Source: Vezdaea acicularis | Taxonomy: Eukaryota | DNA length: 64,000 nt | Assembly: GCA_026025075.1 (NCBI GenBank) | Contig: JAPEUI010000052.1 | Location: 1 to 64,000 of the forward strand | Reading direction: 5' to 3' | In this document: positions 27,049 through 38,864 of the stretch, piece by piece | How the letters are laid out: the number at the start of each line of letters is the position of its first letter | Numbering within the stretch: position 1 is the first letter of the stretch | Notes under the pieces: model-generated | Database searches by the model: none | What the model was told of the DNA's origin: nothing | Seen by the model: only the letters and a program-made list of their open reading frames with translations | Program-made: the position numbers and the translations under genes

Positions 27049-27925
27049 TTTTACTATTGTATTTGCTGGCTTCGTCGATCTGGAGCGAGCTTTTATAGAG
27101 TCAAGAAGGGGTCCAGATCAAGCGCACTGAAGTCTCAGGCCTTTTACAAAATCTGTATCTAAGACCCAAGCATGAAAAGATGATTTAGGAAGATGGAGAG
27201 GAAACAGACAGAAAAAGAAGGTAATTCGGTGCTTGAAGTATCGGAGCGTGCTGCAAACGAATGGCGGTTACGTGCAGAATAAAGGAGACGAATCGCAGTG
27301 TGCGTTCAAGACTTAGGACTCTCTAAGGAACTCCCTATGTAAGGTCCAGAGGGTCAAAGTTCTCCAAAGAGTTGCCACTCGATGATTCTAGGGTACCTGC
27401 TGCCAAAATGGTCATAACGCGCAGCATTTAGAGAGGGACAACATTGTTGTCGTACGCTTGAAGCGAGCCCCAGCCTATCTACATTGTCAAATGCTAGTGC
27501 TCTCAGTTTCGAGTTTCTTTCTCCTTCTCAATATGCTTTCTCGGTAAACTATAGACTGAAGTACCTCTTCTAGCCAACTCTGATCGAAGTAGCCAGTTTG
27601 AAGAGCTGTAAGTGTCTGCTAGAGTACAGTCGTACCAAATCTACGCTAAATCCCTTGCCCCACAGCTGCCCCCTATCTGCGCCGGTTGAAGAGCTTGTGC
27701 GCATCCTTGTTTGGTTCACATTTAGGGCTCTATAGTTAAGGAAACAAGCAAGTTAGATCCAACAGGATGTGTCCCAGAACTGACTTTTACATACACAGGT
27801 TGTCCCAAGGCAAACTAAAACACAGTTCTTCAAGCGACTCTGAGATCTGACAAAGCGTCTTGGTTTTGGTCGGCATATCTCAGTACGTCTAAAGCGGAAC
27901 CCCTCAAATCGGAAACCAACACAAA

Positions 27926-28252
27926 ATGGTCAAACGCCTTCATTCACTTCTTAGTTCTGTCAAAAATCGGGTCTCTTCTTCTAACATGTATAAAAAGATC
28001 AAGAAGGAACAAGAAGAAGAGACGAGTGAAGACCAAGGTGTTCGAATGAAAATACAACTAGAGGAGCTAGAGAAAAGAATGGCCAATGTAAACTTCATCG
28101 TAGAAGATCTTCGCATTGCCATTGAAAAGGACGAACGTAACCTTGCTATGATGAAGGCATGCTTCTATCGGATGCTAGAAAGACGTCATGCGGTGAGGGA
28201 GGAACTTATTGGGTTTAGGGCATTGCTTAACGAAATGTGTGGAGGCAACTAG
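27926..28252 (+). CDS. Orphan coiled-coil protein (108 aa)
   Basis: AAAATG start; heptad-like MKIQLEELEKRMANVNFIVEDLRIAIEKDERNL. Confidence 0.5.
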   Translation: MVKRLHSLLSSVKNRVSSSNMYKKIKKEQEEETSEDQGVRMKIQLEELEKRMANVNFIVEDLRIAIEKDERNLAMMKACFYRMLERRHAVREELIGFRALLNEMCGGN

Positions 28253-28657
28253 TCATGCATGTCGACGCTCTTGTTGCCGAACACAGCTTTCTTCATTTGA
28301 TCGTGTTTCACGTTTCCTTCCCATGATCACTACTTCTGTGGTTCGAGAAGCGTCTTTAATATGCACACTTGCATAGTCTTTTCTAGTTGTATTGATCTTC
28401 AAAGCATCAGTTCTTACAAGGCAAACATTCATAGCTAGTAGTGCTTTCGTTACTAGTTTCCGTTCTCAGTATCAGAGGGATGTGTGTATTCACTTCACAG
28501 CTCAAAGGTGTATGTTCACTTCAGAGCTTCAAGGAGAATATAAATGCTGCCTCAACGATGGCTTTCGAGTCTATCTTCTTAGCCATTTGCAATCATTCTT
28601 GATAATTGGTATCCAACATTCTGAGGCATATCTACTACCTAAATCCCTACAACATTC

Positions 28658-28852
28658 ATGTGTAGACTCATTCTATTCATATTCCCGTGCCAATGCCCCC
28701 GGACAATGATCCCGGACCAATGCGCCAACGCGGAACGCAGATACTTCCCAAACAGGGATAGGCTGTGTGGAAACATCAAAAATACGGTGCAATACATGAG
28801 TGGGCCTTGTGGGGATCCGAGGTGCCCGAGTAACGGGTTGGAGGATGCATAG
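28658..28852 (+). CDS. Met-Cys Cys-rich microprotein D (64 aa)
   Basis: MC-x8-CQC-x8-C-x14-C-x13-CGDPRC; TATAAA near 28539. Confidence 0.72.
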   Translation: MCRLILFIFPCQCPRTMIPDQCANAERRYFPNRDRLCGNIKNTVQYMSGPCGDPRCPSNGLEDA

Positions 28853-28901
28853 CCCAGCTATTCAAGAATGAGCGGCTAGATAGAGCAATCAAGCACTCTT
28901 A

Positions 28902-28981
28902 CAGTTGGGGGGCAAAAGTCTGAATACACCTTGGCCTCGCTTCACGCGCCGAAGTGTATTCAGACTTCTGCCCCCCCACTA
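28902..28981. mobile_element. 80-bp Tc1/mariner-type MITE, impala/mimp-like
   Basis: 28-bp TIRs CAGTTGGGGGGCAAAAGTCTGAATACAC (28902-28929) and its complement (28954-28981), 25/28 identical; TA on both sides (28900-28901, 28982-28983); 24-nt spacer. Confidence 0.85.
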
Positions 28982-29275
28982 TAACCAAACACCAACCTTC
29001 CGAGTCGGGACATCTGTTGTGCATCTGAGTGAGCTAGTTAGCATTTAGTTTGTAACTTGCGTAGAACAGCACTTCTCCCGATAACTAGAGTTGCTCATAC
29101 ATGACTCAGTCTAGGGAGTGCAAGCGCTGCAGAGAAAGTTCAATTATTGGTCAAAAAGGGGGTTGTACCATTCCCATTAGATCCATATTTCCTCTTACAC
29201 TAGTCAACCAAATAGAACTCTACCAAGCTTTATAACGTAAAACAACAGGCGTATACATCCATCTCAACAGCAAAC

Positions 29276-29566
29276 ATGTGCACCACTGCAGTACCCAAAT
29301 ATAAGTGTGGATATACTACTCAAGGCAAGCTGCTCAAGTGTAGAGATAGATCAAACCTTGACTACTGCTCGTCCCTCAGCTTTGTGCAATGGTTGGAGGT
29401 ACAGGTACGACATATGGCAGCGCAAGAGTCTTGGGGAGATGCAAAGAAGCGACGGGGCAGGAAGATCCTTTGTCATAAGGGGCGATTCGTAGTTGATATA
29501 AAGCACAGACGAATGGACACTCAAAAAGACCGGAAACTGCATATCTTATGGGGTATAATGCGGTAA
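29276..29566 (+). pseudogene. Met-Cys microprotein E, probably degenerate or frameshifted
   Basis: MC-x8-CGY-x8-C-x8-C matches the family start; the terminal Cys pair is absent in frame, and GRCKE lies in another frame at 29434-29448. Confidence 0.5.
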
Positions 29567-29583
29567 AATACAGAGCCTTCTAC

Positions 29584-30084
29584 CTAGCTGCTAGCTACAG
29601 CAATTTGGTTCTCCTCGTGATGCATTATAAGCCCGGTCAAGACAACCTCATCCAACATATCTGGCGACAGATCTTCGTAAATCTCAAAGATGCCCGCCTT
29701 AGTCCAAGCGTAGCACTTGGCGATAAAGCTTGCAACGATCCGGCCAGTGTTTCCATCTATGCAGTTGAAGTTGCTGGAGAATGTGCCGGCGGACTTCCAG
29801 AAGAGGATGCCCCGCTTGCTTCGGATTGTACGCGTGCGGGAGAACATATCCTCTCTCTTGTAATTGACTTCACGTCCACCAATGTTGCAATTGACTTTTG
29901 AGGAGAAAGTGTGGAAGGTACCCGTGCCGGCCGGTGACCCTGACCCAGCACGGGTAAGGATTACATTGGGTCTGGAAAAGCTGTGGTTTACGAGAGTGTA
30001 GAGTGGGGTGGTTTTGTCCGTGTCGAATAAGTTGATATCACTCCACTTTTCGTAGCAGTGGATCTGTCTAATAGACTGCGCCAT
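29584..30084 (-). CDS. DUF6593-like (Tubby/LURP-like fold) protein, 166 aa
   Basis: TPLYTL...RPNVILTR...LFWKS...CIDGNTGRIVASF...KAGIFEIYEDLSPDMLDEVVLTGLIM: alternating beta strands plus a terminal hydrophobic helix. Confidence 0.65.
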   Translation of the reverse strand: MAQSIRQIHCYEKWSDINLFDTDKTTPLYTLVNHSFSRPNVILTRAGSGSPAGTGTFHTFSSKVNCNIGGREVNYKREDMFSRTRTIRSKRGILFWKSAGTFSSNFNCIDGNTGRIVASFIAKCYAWTKAGIFEIYEDLSPDMLDEVVLTGLIMHHEENQIAVASS

Positions 30085-30971
30085 TCTCTCTGCGGTTCCT
30101 TTTCTAGCTTCGAACGCGCCAAACAGATACTCTGTCTAGTATAAACTTCACAGGTTTTGAAAGAAAGCTTTTCGTGACCTTAGTGCTTGAATGTTCCCAG
30201 GTCGGCGATATCACTTGGAGGGGGCTGACTAAAATGTTGTGGAGACTTTAATTCGAGGGTATGACTTGAGCACTTGATTTGAAGGGTTTGGAAATCCTCG
30301 ACTATCTAACGTACATTGGTTCGTATCTATATAGATGGTTTCTTTGGCGATCGTTGTTTTCGTGGTCGTGGCTTCGAGAATGGAGGGGACCGCTGCGCCG
30401 CTTACATAGCCCGTGCCGATCTGTCGATCATCACGAACCGTTCGGTTCGAAGCTTACGAAAACGCGTCATTGCCCAGACGACTTGTCTTGGCCTGAGATA
30501 GTTCTGGCTTATGTCAGCGGCCCCTGCGTACGGCTGAAAGTCAAGCGCGAGATCGAAACCACACTACAAGCTGTGCACCCCGAAAGTCGTGTGTATCCTT
30601 CATTCACCGGGAGAAAGTTTCTTCGAGATAGCAGTTGCGGCAGGAAAGGCATTACTATCTGGTCCGGTATGGTTTTCGAGAAAACTGCAATATCTTCCGA
30701 ACGCTAGGATGAAGATATGTTAGGTAGAATTGTAGAAAATGAGGTTGAAAGCTGACACATAATGAGCCTGCGGATTGTACGCCAAGATTGTTTGAAATCT
30801 GGAAAATGAGATCTTGATTCAGCAAATATTCCGAGCCACATGCCGAAAATGATTCGCGAATGGATGTGCTATCCATTCACTCCCTTTACGTTGAGGAGTT
30901 ATATTTCGAGCGAGTCATAGTACCATGACTTTCATTGGCATTAGAAGGTATACATTCATACAGGAGCCTCA

Positions 30972-31262
30972 ATGTGCAAACTTGTAACTCCAAGATACGA
31001 GCTCTGTGGCTGCTTTGTTGCCGGAAGCCTCCAGCTTTGCGGCGGATATCTCTCGGCACTCACCGGTAATCAGAAGTGCGGGATGCTATGGAAAGAATGT
31101 CGTTGGGTCGAGGGCTTGTGTTTTAAGCATCGAAAGATTACGAGGAGCAACAGCGGAATGATCGAGAGAGGAGGGGTGCTAGAGGGTTACGTGCCCAAGT
31201 GTTGGCAGTTCGCTGCCTATGCTAAGAAAGATGGAGTCAGCAAGATGAATGCAATAGGATGA
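30972..31262 (+). CDS. Met-Cys Cys-rich microprotein F (96 aa)
   Basis: MC-x9-CGC-x8-C-x12-C-x13-CFKH. Confidence 0.68.
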   Translation: MCKLVTPRYELCGCFVAGSLQLCGGYLSALTGNQKCGMLWKECRWVEGLCFKHRKITRSNSGMIERGGVLEGYVPKCWQFAAYAKKDGVSKMNAIG

Positions 31263-31397
31263 AGCTCAACATAATGGGAGATGCTTACTAGTAGATAATG
31301 AGCACGTTCAGTGCTGCAGGTTGACTCATAGAGTGCTTTGCGATAATAGAACTGAGGCCAAGCGCTAGATTCCTTTCTAAGGGAATGTTTTCTTACA

Positions 31398-32048
31398 TCA
31401 GCCGCTGTTAAGGCTCCCTAGCCTGTCAAAGGAGTTCACCCCTATCCCGAGTGCTGTATCAACGTCAGATCTTCTCCGGCCCTCCCTCCGCTCCACATAT
31501 CTGTTCAGGCCATCTAGCCGTGCGCTAGACGTGGTCTTCCGCCGAAAGATATTGTTCACAATCTCGATACACCTCTTGACACCCACTCCGTAAAATGCGT
31601 CACCATACCACCATAAGTCTTTGCAGGAATCATCGTCTCCTAGACCACGTTCTTTCCATCTATGCAATAGAATTGTTAAGACGGGGTTTCGTGCCATATC
31701 CCGTTCAAACCTCCTCCAGCTGTCCTCGCAAATGCAATTCGCACGACAATATTCCAGTAGCGCATCTCCGGTAAAAAACACTTCGCCTGCCTCAGGAGCA
31801 CGTCCGATACGCAATTTGCCATCTTGAGGATTACATTCCAGACGGTTGTAAAGGTTGACATGGGTCGAGAGTCTACAAAGCTCCGTAAGACTGTTCATTG
31901 GGCCTCGGCCGTTGAAGAAGTGACTTGGAATCGATTGAAGCTCAGCAGGAATTGGACCGAAGCAGACAATATCATCAAATGCCACGATAGGAGAGAACAA
32001 GGACATAATGAGCAAACCAAGGAGGATGCGAAATGGGGGATAGGCCAT
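31398..32048 (-). CDS. Secreted six-Cys-domain protein (effector-like), 216 aa
   Basis: Signal peptide MAYPPFRILLGLLIMSLFSPIVA; IVCFGPIP...LTELC...LECNP...YCRANCIC; TATATAA near 32152-32158 on minus; paralogue at 59792. Confidence 0.75.
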   Translation of the reverse strand: MAYPPFRILLGLLIMSLFSPIVAFDDIVCFGPIPAELQSIPSHFFNGRGPMNSLTELCRLSTHVNLYNRLECNPQDGKLRIGRAPEAGEVFFTGDALLEYCRANCICEDSWRRFERDMARNPVLTILLHRWKERGLGDDDSCKDLWWYGDAFYGVGVKRCIEIVNNIFRRKTTSSARLDGLNRYVERREGRRRSDVDTALGIGVNSFDRLGSLNSG

Positions 32049-32492
32049 TTAAGAGACACACTCACGAGCAACACAATTGTCGAAACGTAAGCATGCTTGG
32101 GCTCGGGCAATAGAAGGCTCCATTCCAGACTCACTTGGTATCAGTCCTGCTTATATAAACATTGGGATCAAAGCTTTGCCCAGAGTTTTCCAAGCTCGTG
32201 TCGAAATGAGATTTTGTGATCGGTGGGGCACACGGACCAACATAACGCCCCTATGTGCGGGTAAGTACGAGTTGCGGAAAAAGATGCCACGAGCGCGTCC
32301 AAGATCTGGCAGAATACAGAGACAATAAATTGGCGCAGCAAGGATCTGAGAAGAGTTAGTACACTCCATTAAAGAGTGGTAAAGCACAAGTGCACCTATG
32401 AGGCCCCCACCCATAGCATTCATGTTTGGTCAGATAAGGTTGGTATTTCTGCTTTACGACCTTCTTATTTCCGGGTACGATTTCGCTGATAG

Positions 32493-35400
32493 TTAAAGGT
32501 TGAGCTTTGCCAATTTTTCTTCAATGAATTTTTCCGCGACCTCAATCGCTTCTTCAACTTTGGTGGGATCTTGCCCAATGCCTTGACTGGTCGCACCCTT
32601 GCCTCCCGCCTTACCACCCACAATGCTGGAAACCGCGGTAGCCCACCCAGTTGCTGAGGCGCCAGTTTTGGCAACGTCCTGTGTGAGTTGAGTCATTGAT
32701 CCTGAAGGATGGAAGGAGAACTTACGTCGCTAACATAACAACCATGCACAATTTTCCCACTAGCTTCTTGGTCCGCGGCAAACAAATAAACGCTCTTGGC
32801 TTTGTCTTTCGTCTGCACATGCTTGAGGGCCTCGCTCACCGCTTTGACGTTGGCGCTAATTGGAAGTTTGGCGACCAAATGAGTCGCCTTTCTATTCTCG
32901 GGTTTGGCGAAATATTCTGTAATTGTATCTAGCGCCTTCTTACTCTCAGCCTTTTGTCTCGACTTTTGCTCATCTAGGACTTGCTTGTGAATCCTAGCAT
33001 AGCGTTCACGGAATGAAGATTTCGTTATGGCAGAAATTGAGAGCTCATTTAGCTGGGTCTGTGCAGCCTTGACAAGCGCCTCTTTTGAACTGCCGAATGG
33101 CATCTTCTCGAGCTCAGCAAGCTTGTCCGAAAATTGCGAGGCGATGCGTTGCACGTTGTACGCGTCTTCCCCAGTCACAGCAATGATTCGTCGAATACCC
33201 TTTGCAATCCCACTTTCTTCCAGGATAATAAGCTCTTTGATGTCTCCGGTCTTTTGAACGTGCGTGCCGCCACAGAATTCCACGCTCACTTTCTTCCAGT
33301 CCTCGTTCTTGAGATCTTTGAGAAGGTCTTCAACGGAAACTCCGACTGATACAACGCGCACAGGATCAGGGTACGTCTCGCCAAATACAGCACGTACGCC
33401 GACTATCTCTCGCGCGGTTGAAAGAGGAACGTCTTGAGAATAGACTTGGCAGTTTTGTCGAATGTAAGAAGTAGATATGTCTTCGATTTTCGAAAGCTCG
33501 GCATCAGATATACCAGACTTGTGTGAAAAATCAAAACGGAGCTTCTCAGCAGCAACCAAAGAGCCTTTCTGATCAATGCCATCACCTAAAACCTCGCGCA
33601 ACGCGTAATTCAGAATATGTGTTCCCGTATGGTTGTTACGGATAGGCCACCGACGCAGCTGTAACTAGTCAGCAGGCGATTGTTATTATATTAGGGGGTC
33701 TTACTTCGTCGTATTCAGAGATGACTTTGTCTCCAACTTTGAGCACACCATACTTAAGGTAACCAGTGTGAAGCACATAGCCGGCATATACTTGTACGTT
33801 TTGAACGTCAAGCTCGGCTTCACCATCGATCAAGATCTTCCCTGTATCGTACTCCTGGCCTCCTTGCTCGGCATAAAAGTTCGTCCGGTCTAGTATGAGA
33901 CCCAGCTGTCCATTTGAAGGGATGGTGCTGGTATCGGAGATAAAGCCTTTATCGAAATATATGGCCTTTACGTGCGACTCAATGTTACCTCGTCCTGGCG
34001 GAGGTTAGCAGGCAAATAGAGGCTTTGAATCTAGGCGTCCTACCAAATTTTGGGCTATCATCTGTCTTTGGTACCTCCTCCATCTTCTCAAGCTTGCCAA
34101 GGTCATGAACATCTAATTTCACGACATCCGCAACCGCTTTCTTAGCTCCCTTGCTGGCCTCTTTTGCTTTGGCTTGGGCATCTTCGAATTCTTTGTCGTT
34201 GATGTCCAAACCTCGCTCCTCTGCCATTAATCTCGTCAAATCGACCGGGAAGCCAAATGTGTCGTATAGCCGCCATACATCGGCACCGTCTAGCTTACTC
34301 GACTTATTTGCTTTCGCTTTCTGCGCATATTGCTCAAACATCTTCTCACCACGGTCTAGCGTCCTTGAGAATGATTCTTCTTCCTCGTCCAGAATCTCCT
34401 TTATGTCCGATTCCTTCGATTTGATTTCTGGGAACATGCCACCCATTTGTGTAGTCAAAGTTGGTACTAATTGAGAGAAAAAACATCCAATGTCGACGTT
34501 GAAGTACTTACGCGCATATCGAGCACCGCGGCGTAAGACTCTTCGAACAACGTAGCCTCGACCTTCGTTATTTGGGGTACCTCCATCGGCAATTGCAAAA
34601 GTAAGCAGCCGAACATGATCAGCGACGACTCGATATGCTGTGTCTATGCCATCTGAATCTTCATCTCCGAACTTCCCCTCATAAGGTCGAGCTCCAGTAA
34701 TTTCTTGTATTTGAGCGAACAAAGGTGTGAAGACGTCAGTGTCGTAATTGGACATCTTATTCTGAAGGACGGAGACGAGTCGCTCAAAGCCCATCCCAGT
34801 GTCAACGTGCTTGTTAGGAAGTGCCCTCAACGACTTGTCCGGCTCCCGGTTGTACTGTATGAAAACGTTATTCCAGATCTCGAGGACGTTTGGATCATCT
34901 TGATTGACGAGGTGTGCTGCATTTCGACCTCCAATTCTATCGTAGTGGACTTCACTGCATGGGCCGCAAGGGCCTTGGTCGCCCATCTCCCAGAAATTAT
35001 CCTTCATGTTTCCGGGAAGGATATGATCTTCAGCTACGCCAACACGACCCCACAGCTCCTTAGCCTCGAGGTCAGGTTCGAGACCCTTGGCTTTGTCACC
35101 CTCGAAATAGGTCACGTATAGCCTACCAGCATCTAGACCGTAGACTTTGATGAGCAATTTCCATGAGAATGCAATGGCCTCGGCCTTAAAGTAGTCGCCA
35201 AAGCTCCAATTCCCTAGCATCTCAAAAAAGGTCTACCCTTGGTTAGCAATCCTCCCCTTTTTTGGATAAAGACTTGTTGGTTACATGATGATAGCTGTCT
35301 TTGCCCACATCGTCCAGATCCTTACAAGAGTTAGCGACGCTGTAAGGTGAGGTCAGTCCGAGGACCCACGTTATGCTTGCCACCAGCACGAATACACTAT

Positions 35401-35907
35401 GTAATTAGCCTGGATATTTTGATTGAGTAATGCATGATGTTACCTTCTGTGAGTTTACAGCACGCTTTAGCTTCCCGAAATCGGACTGCGGATCTACCGT
35501 GCCCAGAAAGATAGTTTTATATTGATTCATTCCCGCATTGGCAAATAATAGAGTAGGGTCCGAGAGAGGAACTACAGAGGACGAAGGTACTATAAGGTGT
35601 TATTATGAGCATTCCGTAATCATGACTTGCCATGAGATGATATCATACCAAAAGTGTGCGCCTCCTTTCTAAAGAAGTCAAGAAACGTTTCTCGCACTTT
35701 GGCGGCAGGCCAGCCCTTGTCTTCACCCCCATGCTTCTCCATGGCAGTCTCAACTAGGGCAGCCATAGAGACTCGTCGGGTGGAATGAATTGGACGACTA
35801 TGTTGCAGCAAACAAAATTTGGGGGGGTTTGCGGTGCTCCTTGAGCTCTCCGGATGTGGATGACTCAAGCGGAACGCGCAATTGCGAAGTACTTTCAAGG
35901 CTCGCAT
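32493..35907 (-). CDS. ALA1: Alanyl-tRNA synthetase, probably dual mitochondrial/cytosolic, multi-exon
   Basis: [70 protein letters not shown] and EFCGGTH editing motifs, terminal GGKAGGKG. Confidence 0.97.
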
Positions 35908-36045
35908 AAAACACCTTGCCGCTGATACAGTGTAACTACCACCTTTGTTATGAAAGCTTGCAGGATCAATCGCTTCCGGCGATTAGTTGATTGTGTTCTG
36001 GTAGCAGCGAGCACCTTGGAGGAGAGGGTTCATGTGTGATGGAGG

Positions 36046-36697
36046 ATGGATAGTCGAGTAAGAGCTATGGAAGCGGATCATTGGAAGCACAAGCGCGGCG
36101 CCGAAGACAATTTGGAGAACGAGCAACCACTTGCGAAGAGATTTAGTCTCCTCCGATTAGGTATCATAAGCTACTGCATCTTTCTTTGGGCCATGACTAA
36201 GTTGTACAGATCGAGATGGCAATCCATATACTCTTCCACGACATTTTTCATCACCACGCCGACCTCGAAAGCCTACGAATGACTCGATGCAATTGGATAA
36301 CACAAAGGACAAAGTATATATACAAGATATAGATGCTGAACTATCGGATACGGAGTCTGAAGATGGCAAACTTATATTTCTACCCGACATTGAGAAAAAG
36401 TTTACGAAGATCCCAAACGCTGTGCTATTAGATAAAGCGGCTGAAGAGAGTAGCAGGGAGATGGTGCTTTATAACGTCCCATCCTCCCTTTCTGTGCCAC
36501 AAGCACAAGACAATGTTCGGAGGGCCATAATTGAAGCAAGGATACGACAAAGAGAAAGGCAGCTCGATGCAAGCAAGCAGATCAATATCCAAAAGCAGCG
36601 CTCAGCCGATTCAACCCTCAAGGACAAGAACATCCAGCCATCCTGGACCTCGAACCGGGCTAGCATCGAAGACATTGATGCGATGGATACGGACTAG
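36046..36697 (+). CDS. Hypothetical protein, probably conserved in fungi, one intron
   Basis: KRGAED.LENEQPLAKRFSLLRL|...DKVYIQDIDAELSD...LIFLPDIEKK...MVLYNVPSSLSVP..QDNVRRAIIEARIR; divergent from ALA1. Confidence 0.7.
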
Positions 36698-36774
36698 AAT
36701 AATCCAGCTTTACTCTTATCGTATCCAGCGTCATCTATAAGCGCTCCACATAACACATCCTATCATGTTCTTTC

Positions 36775-37790
36775 TTAGACAGATGTGCTAGACATTTTCC
36801 TCATGCTCTTTCTAAATTCTTCATCGAAATCCAAAAATATATCGTCGGACCCAATTCGTCGTTCAGTCTCACTTTTATTCTTAATGCCACTACTGACATG
36901 ATGTGCTGTGATGTTGACCTTGTCGAGATGACCTCTGAGGTCTTCTACCGCAGCTCTCAATCGGGTAAGTGCCTTAGTGGCACTGCCTTCATGATCCTCT
37001 CGAGACGCTTTCGAAGGCGTTGGACTCAGGTCGAAGTCGTCATGTACTTTAAATGTACTAGGCTCCGCCGTTCGGGCTTGCAAGTTGCTTTCGACTGCGG
37101 AGAGGCTGCTTACAGTAAGCCATAAGAGCTCCCTGATTTCGTTGTCTCTAGCGTATTCTAATCCTCCAGTTAGAGAATAATCTTCCTCGGTGTCGGACGA
37201 GGACGTGACGGATGAAAGCATGGTGGAGCTTTCGAGCACGAACCGGCACTCAATGAGAAAAGTTCGGTTCACGGATGAAGCCCACAGAAGCTTCGTACAA
37301 GACTACAGATTGACAGTCGATCACCAGAAACAACCATGAAGCATTTATACCCAAACTTTGCCGCAAGTTGGGAAGCAAACATCGCAATACAATGCCGAGA
37401 CATCAAAGCAATCCTGGCCAACCACCTCTTTTCATTGTCCTACCTCGTCCCACACCGGGAATGTGACTATGTTATACAACTTTTCGTATTCGGGAACATT
37501 GTCGACGCCCGTGATCTTGGTAACTGTCTGGATGGCTTCTAACCATGTGATACAGTACTTTGGCTGCCAGCCTTATCCTCAGAAATCCCCGCAGTAACCT
37601 CATTGACACCCCCTTTTTGGTCTATCTCAAGCTCCGACACGACGAGTATATCTCGTAGCATTTTGAATGGCATGTTTAGGAGGTCCATGTCTCTCGCGTT
37701 CCCAGCTCCAACCGGATATGTTATAAACGTATTGCCCAAGACATCAGAGATATAGGAAGCGGTGCAAGCGGTGTTTGGTTTTTCCAGCAG
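36775..37790 (-). pseudogene. Orphan gene or decayed gene; only the 3' 165 codons are uninterrupted
   Basis: Protein-like ORF 36775-37272 preceded by broken minus-strand frames (37539-37739 and others) without clean splice sites. Confidence 0.3.
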
Positions 37791-38166
37791 TGCATAGTCT
37801 TGTCTCCGCCAGAATTAGGCTGCCACGGTTATTTGAGTCGCTTTCACGCGCTCACTAAAAGATATGAAGAATCGTCGAACGTTCCGTTAATGATAATATG
37901 AGTTGAGCAAGTTGTAGGGAGATGAATGTTAGCGTAGTTATATACAGTTCTCCGTATGTCCATTCGCTAACATCAGCTGTTGCAGTAGTACTCTATGCGA
38001 AAAACCAAGTAATGATTGTAAGGCTTCATGTTAGCCATCTACGCCGCCTTCCTACCCAGCAGACCACGCGGTGACAAAATACAGACGCCAGCCCCGGCCC
38101 CTTTTAGATCCCAACCATAGTTCAGCTACATGAGCTTTGTCTCTGTAAATGCAATTATCTTACTAG

Positions 38167-38864
38167 TCAACGCCGATATGGATTTGTACTGCCCGTCCCG
38201 TGTGAGCTCACAGGCAACGTCACATCTCGGTATGAGTTGTTGCTGCCCCCTGTTTCGTGAGCTACTACTGGGTCTGCAGACGTGTCATGACCTGGAGAGT
38301 TCATGTATAGATCCGTACTTCCAGTAGTGTGCTCCGTTGATGATCCTCCAGCTTCGCCTTCCCTTGTCTCTGTATGCTGAGAGGGCATCACCTTACTCCC
38401 TCCTTCAGGTGGCATGTATTTTGGTGGAGGGGCCAGATCTGGATTGTAAGCTGGAGGTGGCATTGCTGTTAGATCATAATTGGCGGTCTGCGTTCCGGGA
38501 GGAGGGAAGCCCCATGGTGGGTACCTTGGGGTGGCCACGTAGTTTGGGTCAAGCATCATCCGCTCATGTCGTGTAAGGAGGAATCGGTGATAACGAAGTG
38601 GAGGAAGGTGTTTGTTGAGGCGACGTCTCGCATGAAGACGAGCTAAGACGATGAGGACTACGATAAGAAGAGCAATGCTGCCAACGACCGCCCACTTGAT
38701 GATGATGTCGGTTGTATATGTCTAAGGGGAAAAGATCAGTCATTTTCTGTTAGATTTACGCCCGAGAATGGACTTACAGGATCGTCATAATAACCGTCAT
38801 AGCCGTAGCCGTAGTTATTGTTGTAGTTGGGGTCCTGCCTCGCAGCAAGCCGATGAGACCCCAT
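38167..38864 (-). CDS. RCR-like single-pass membrane protein with PPxY motifs, one intron
   Basis: MGSH...YDDP|TYTTDIIIKWAVVGSIALLIVVLIVLARLHARRRLNKHLPPLRYHRFL, then PPPAY and PPPKY. Confidence 0.75.

Noticed and set aside
27767..27850. Seventh MC microprotein (MCPRTDFY..., with GC after a frameshift)
   Set aside because: Needs a frameshift, stops early and lacks the downstream Cys pattern
28480..28602. MCVFTSQLKGVC... short ORF
   Set aside because: The second Cys comes from a short degenerate tandem duplication in gene D's promoter; the rest of the spacing is absent
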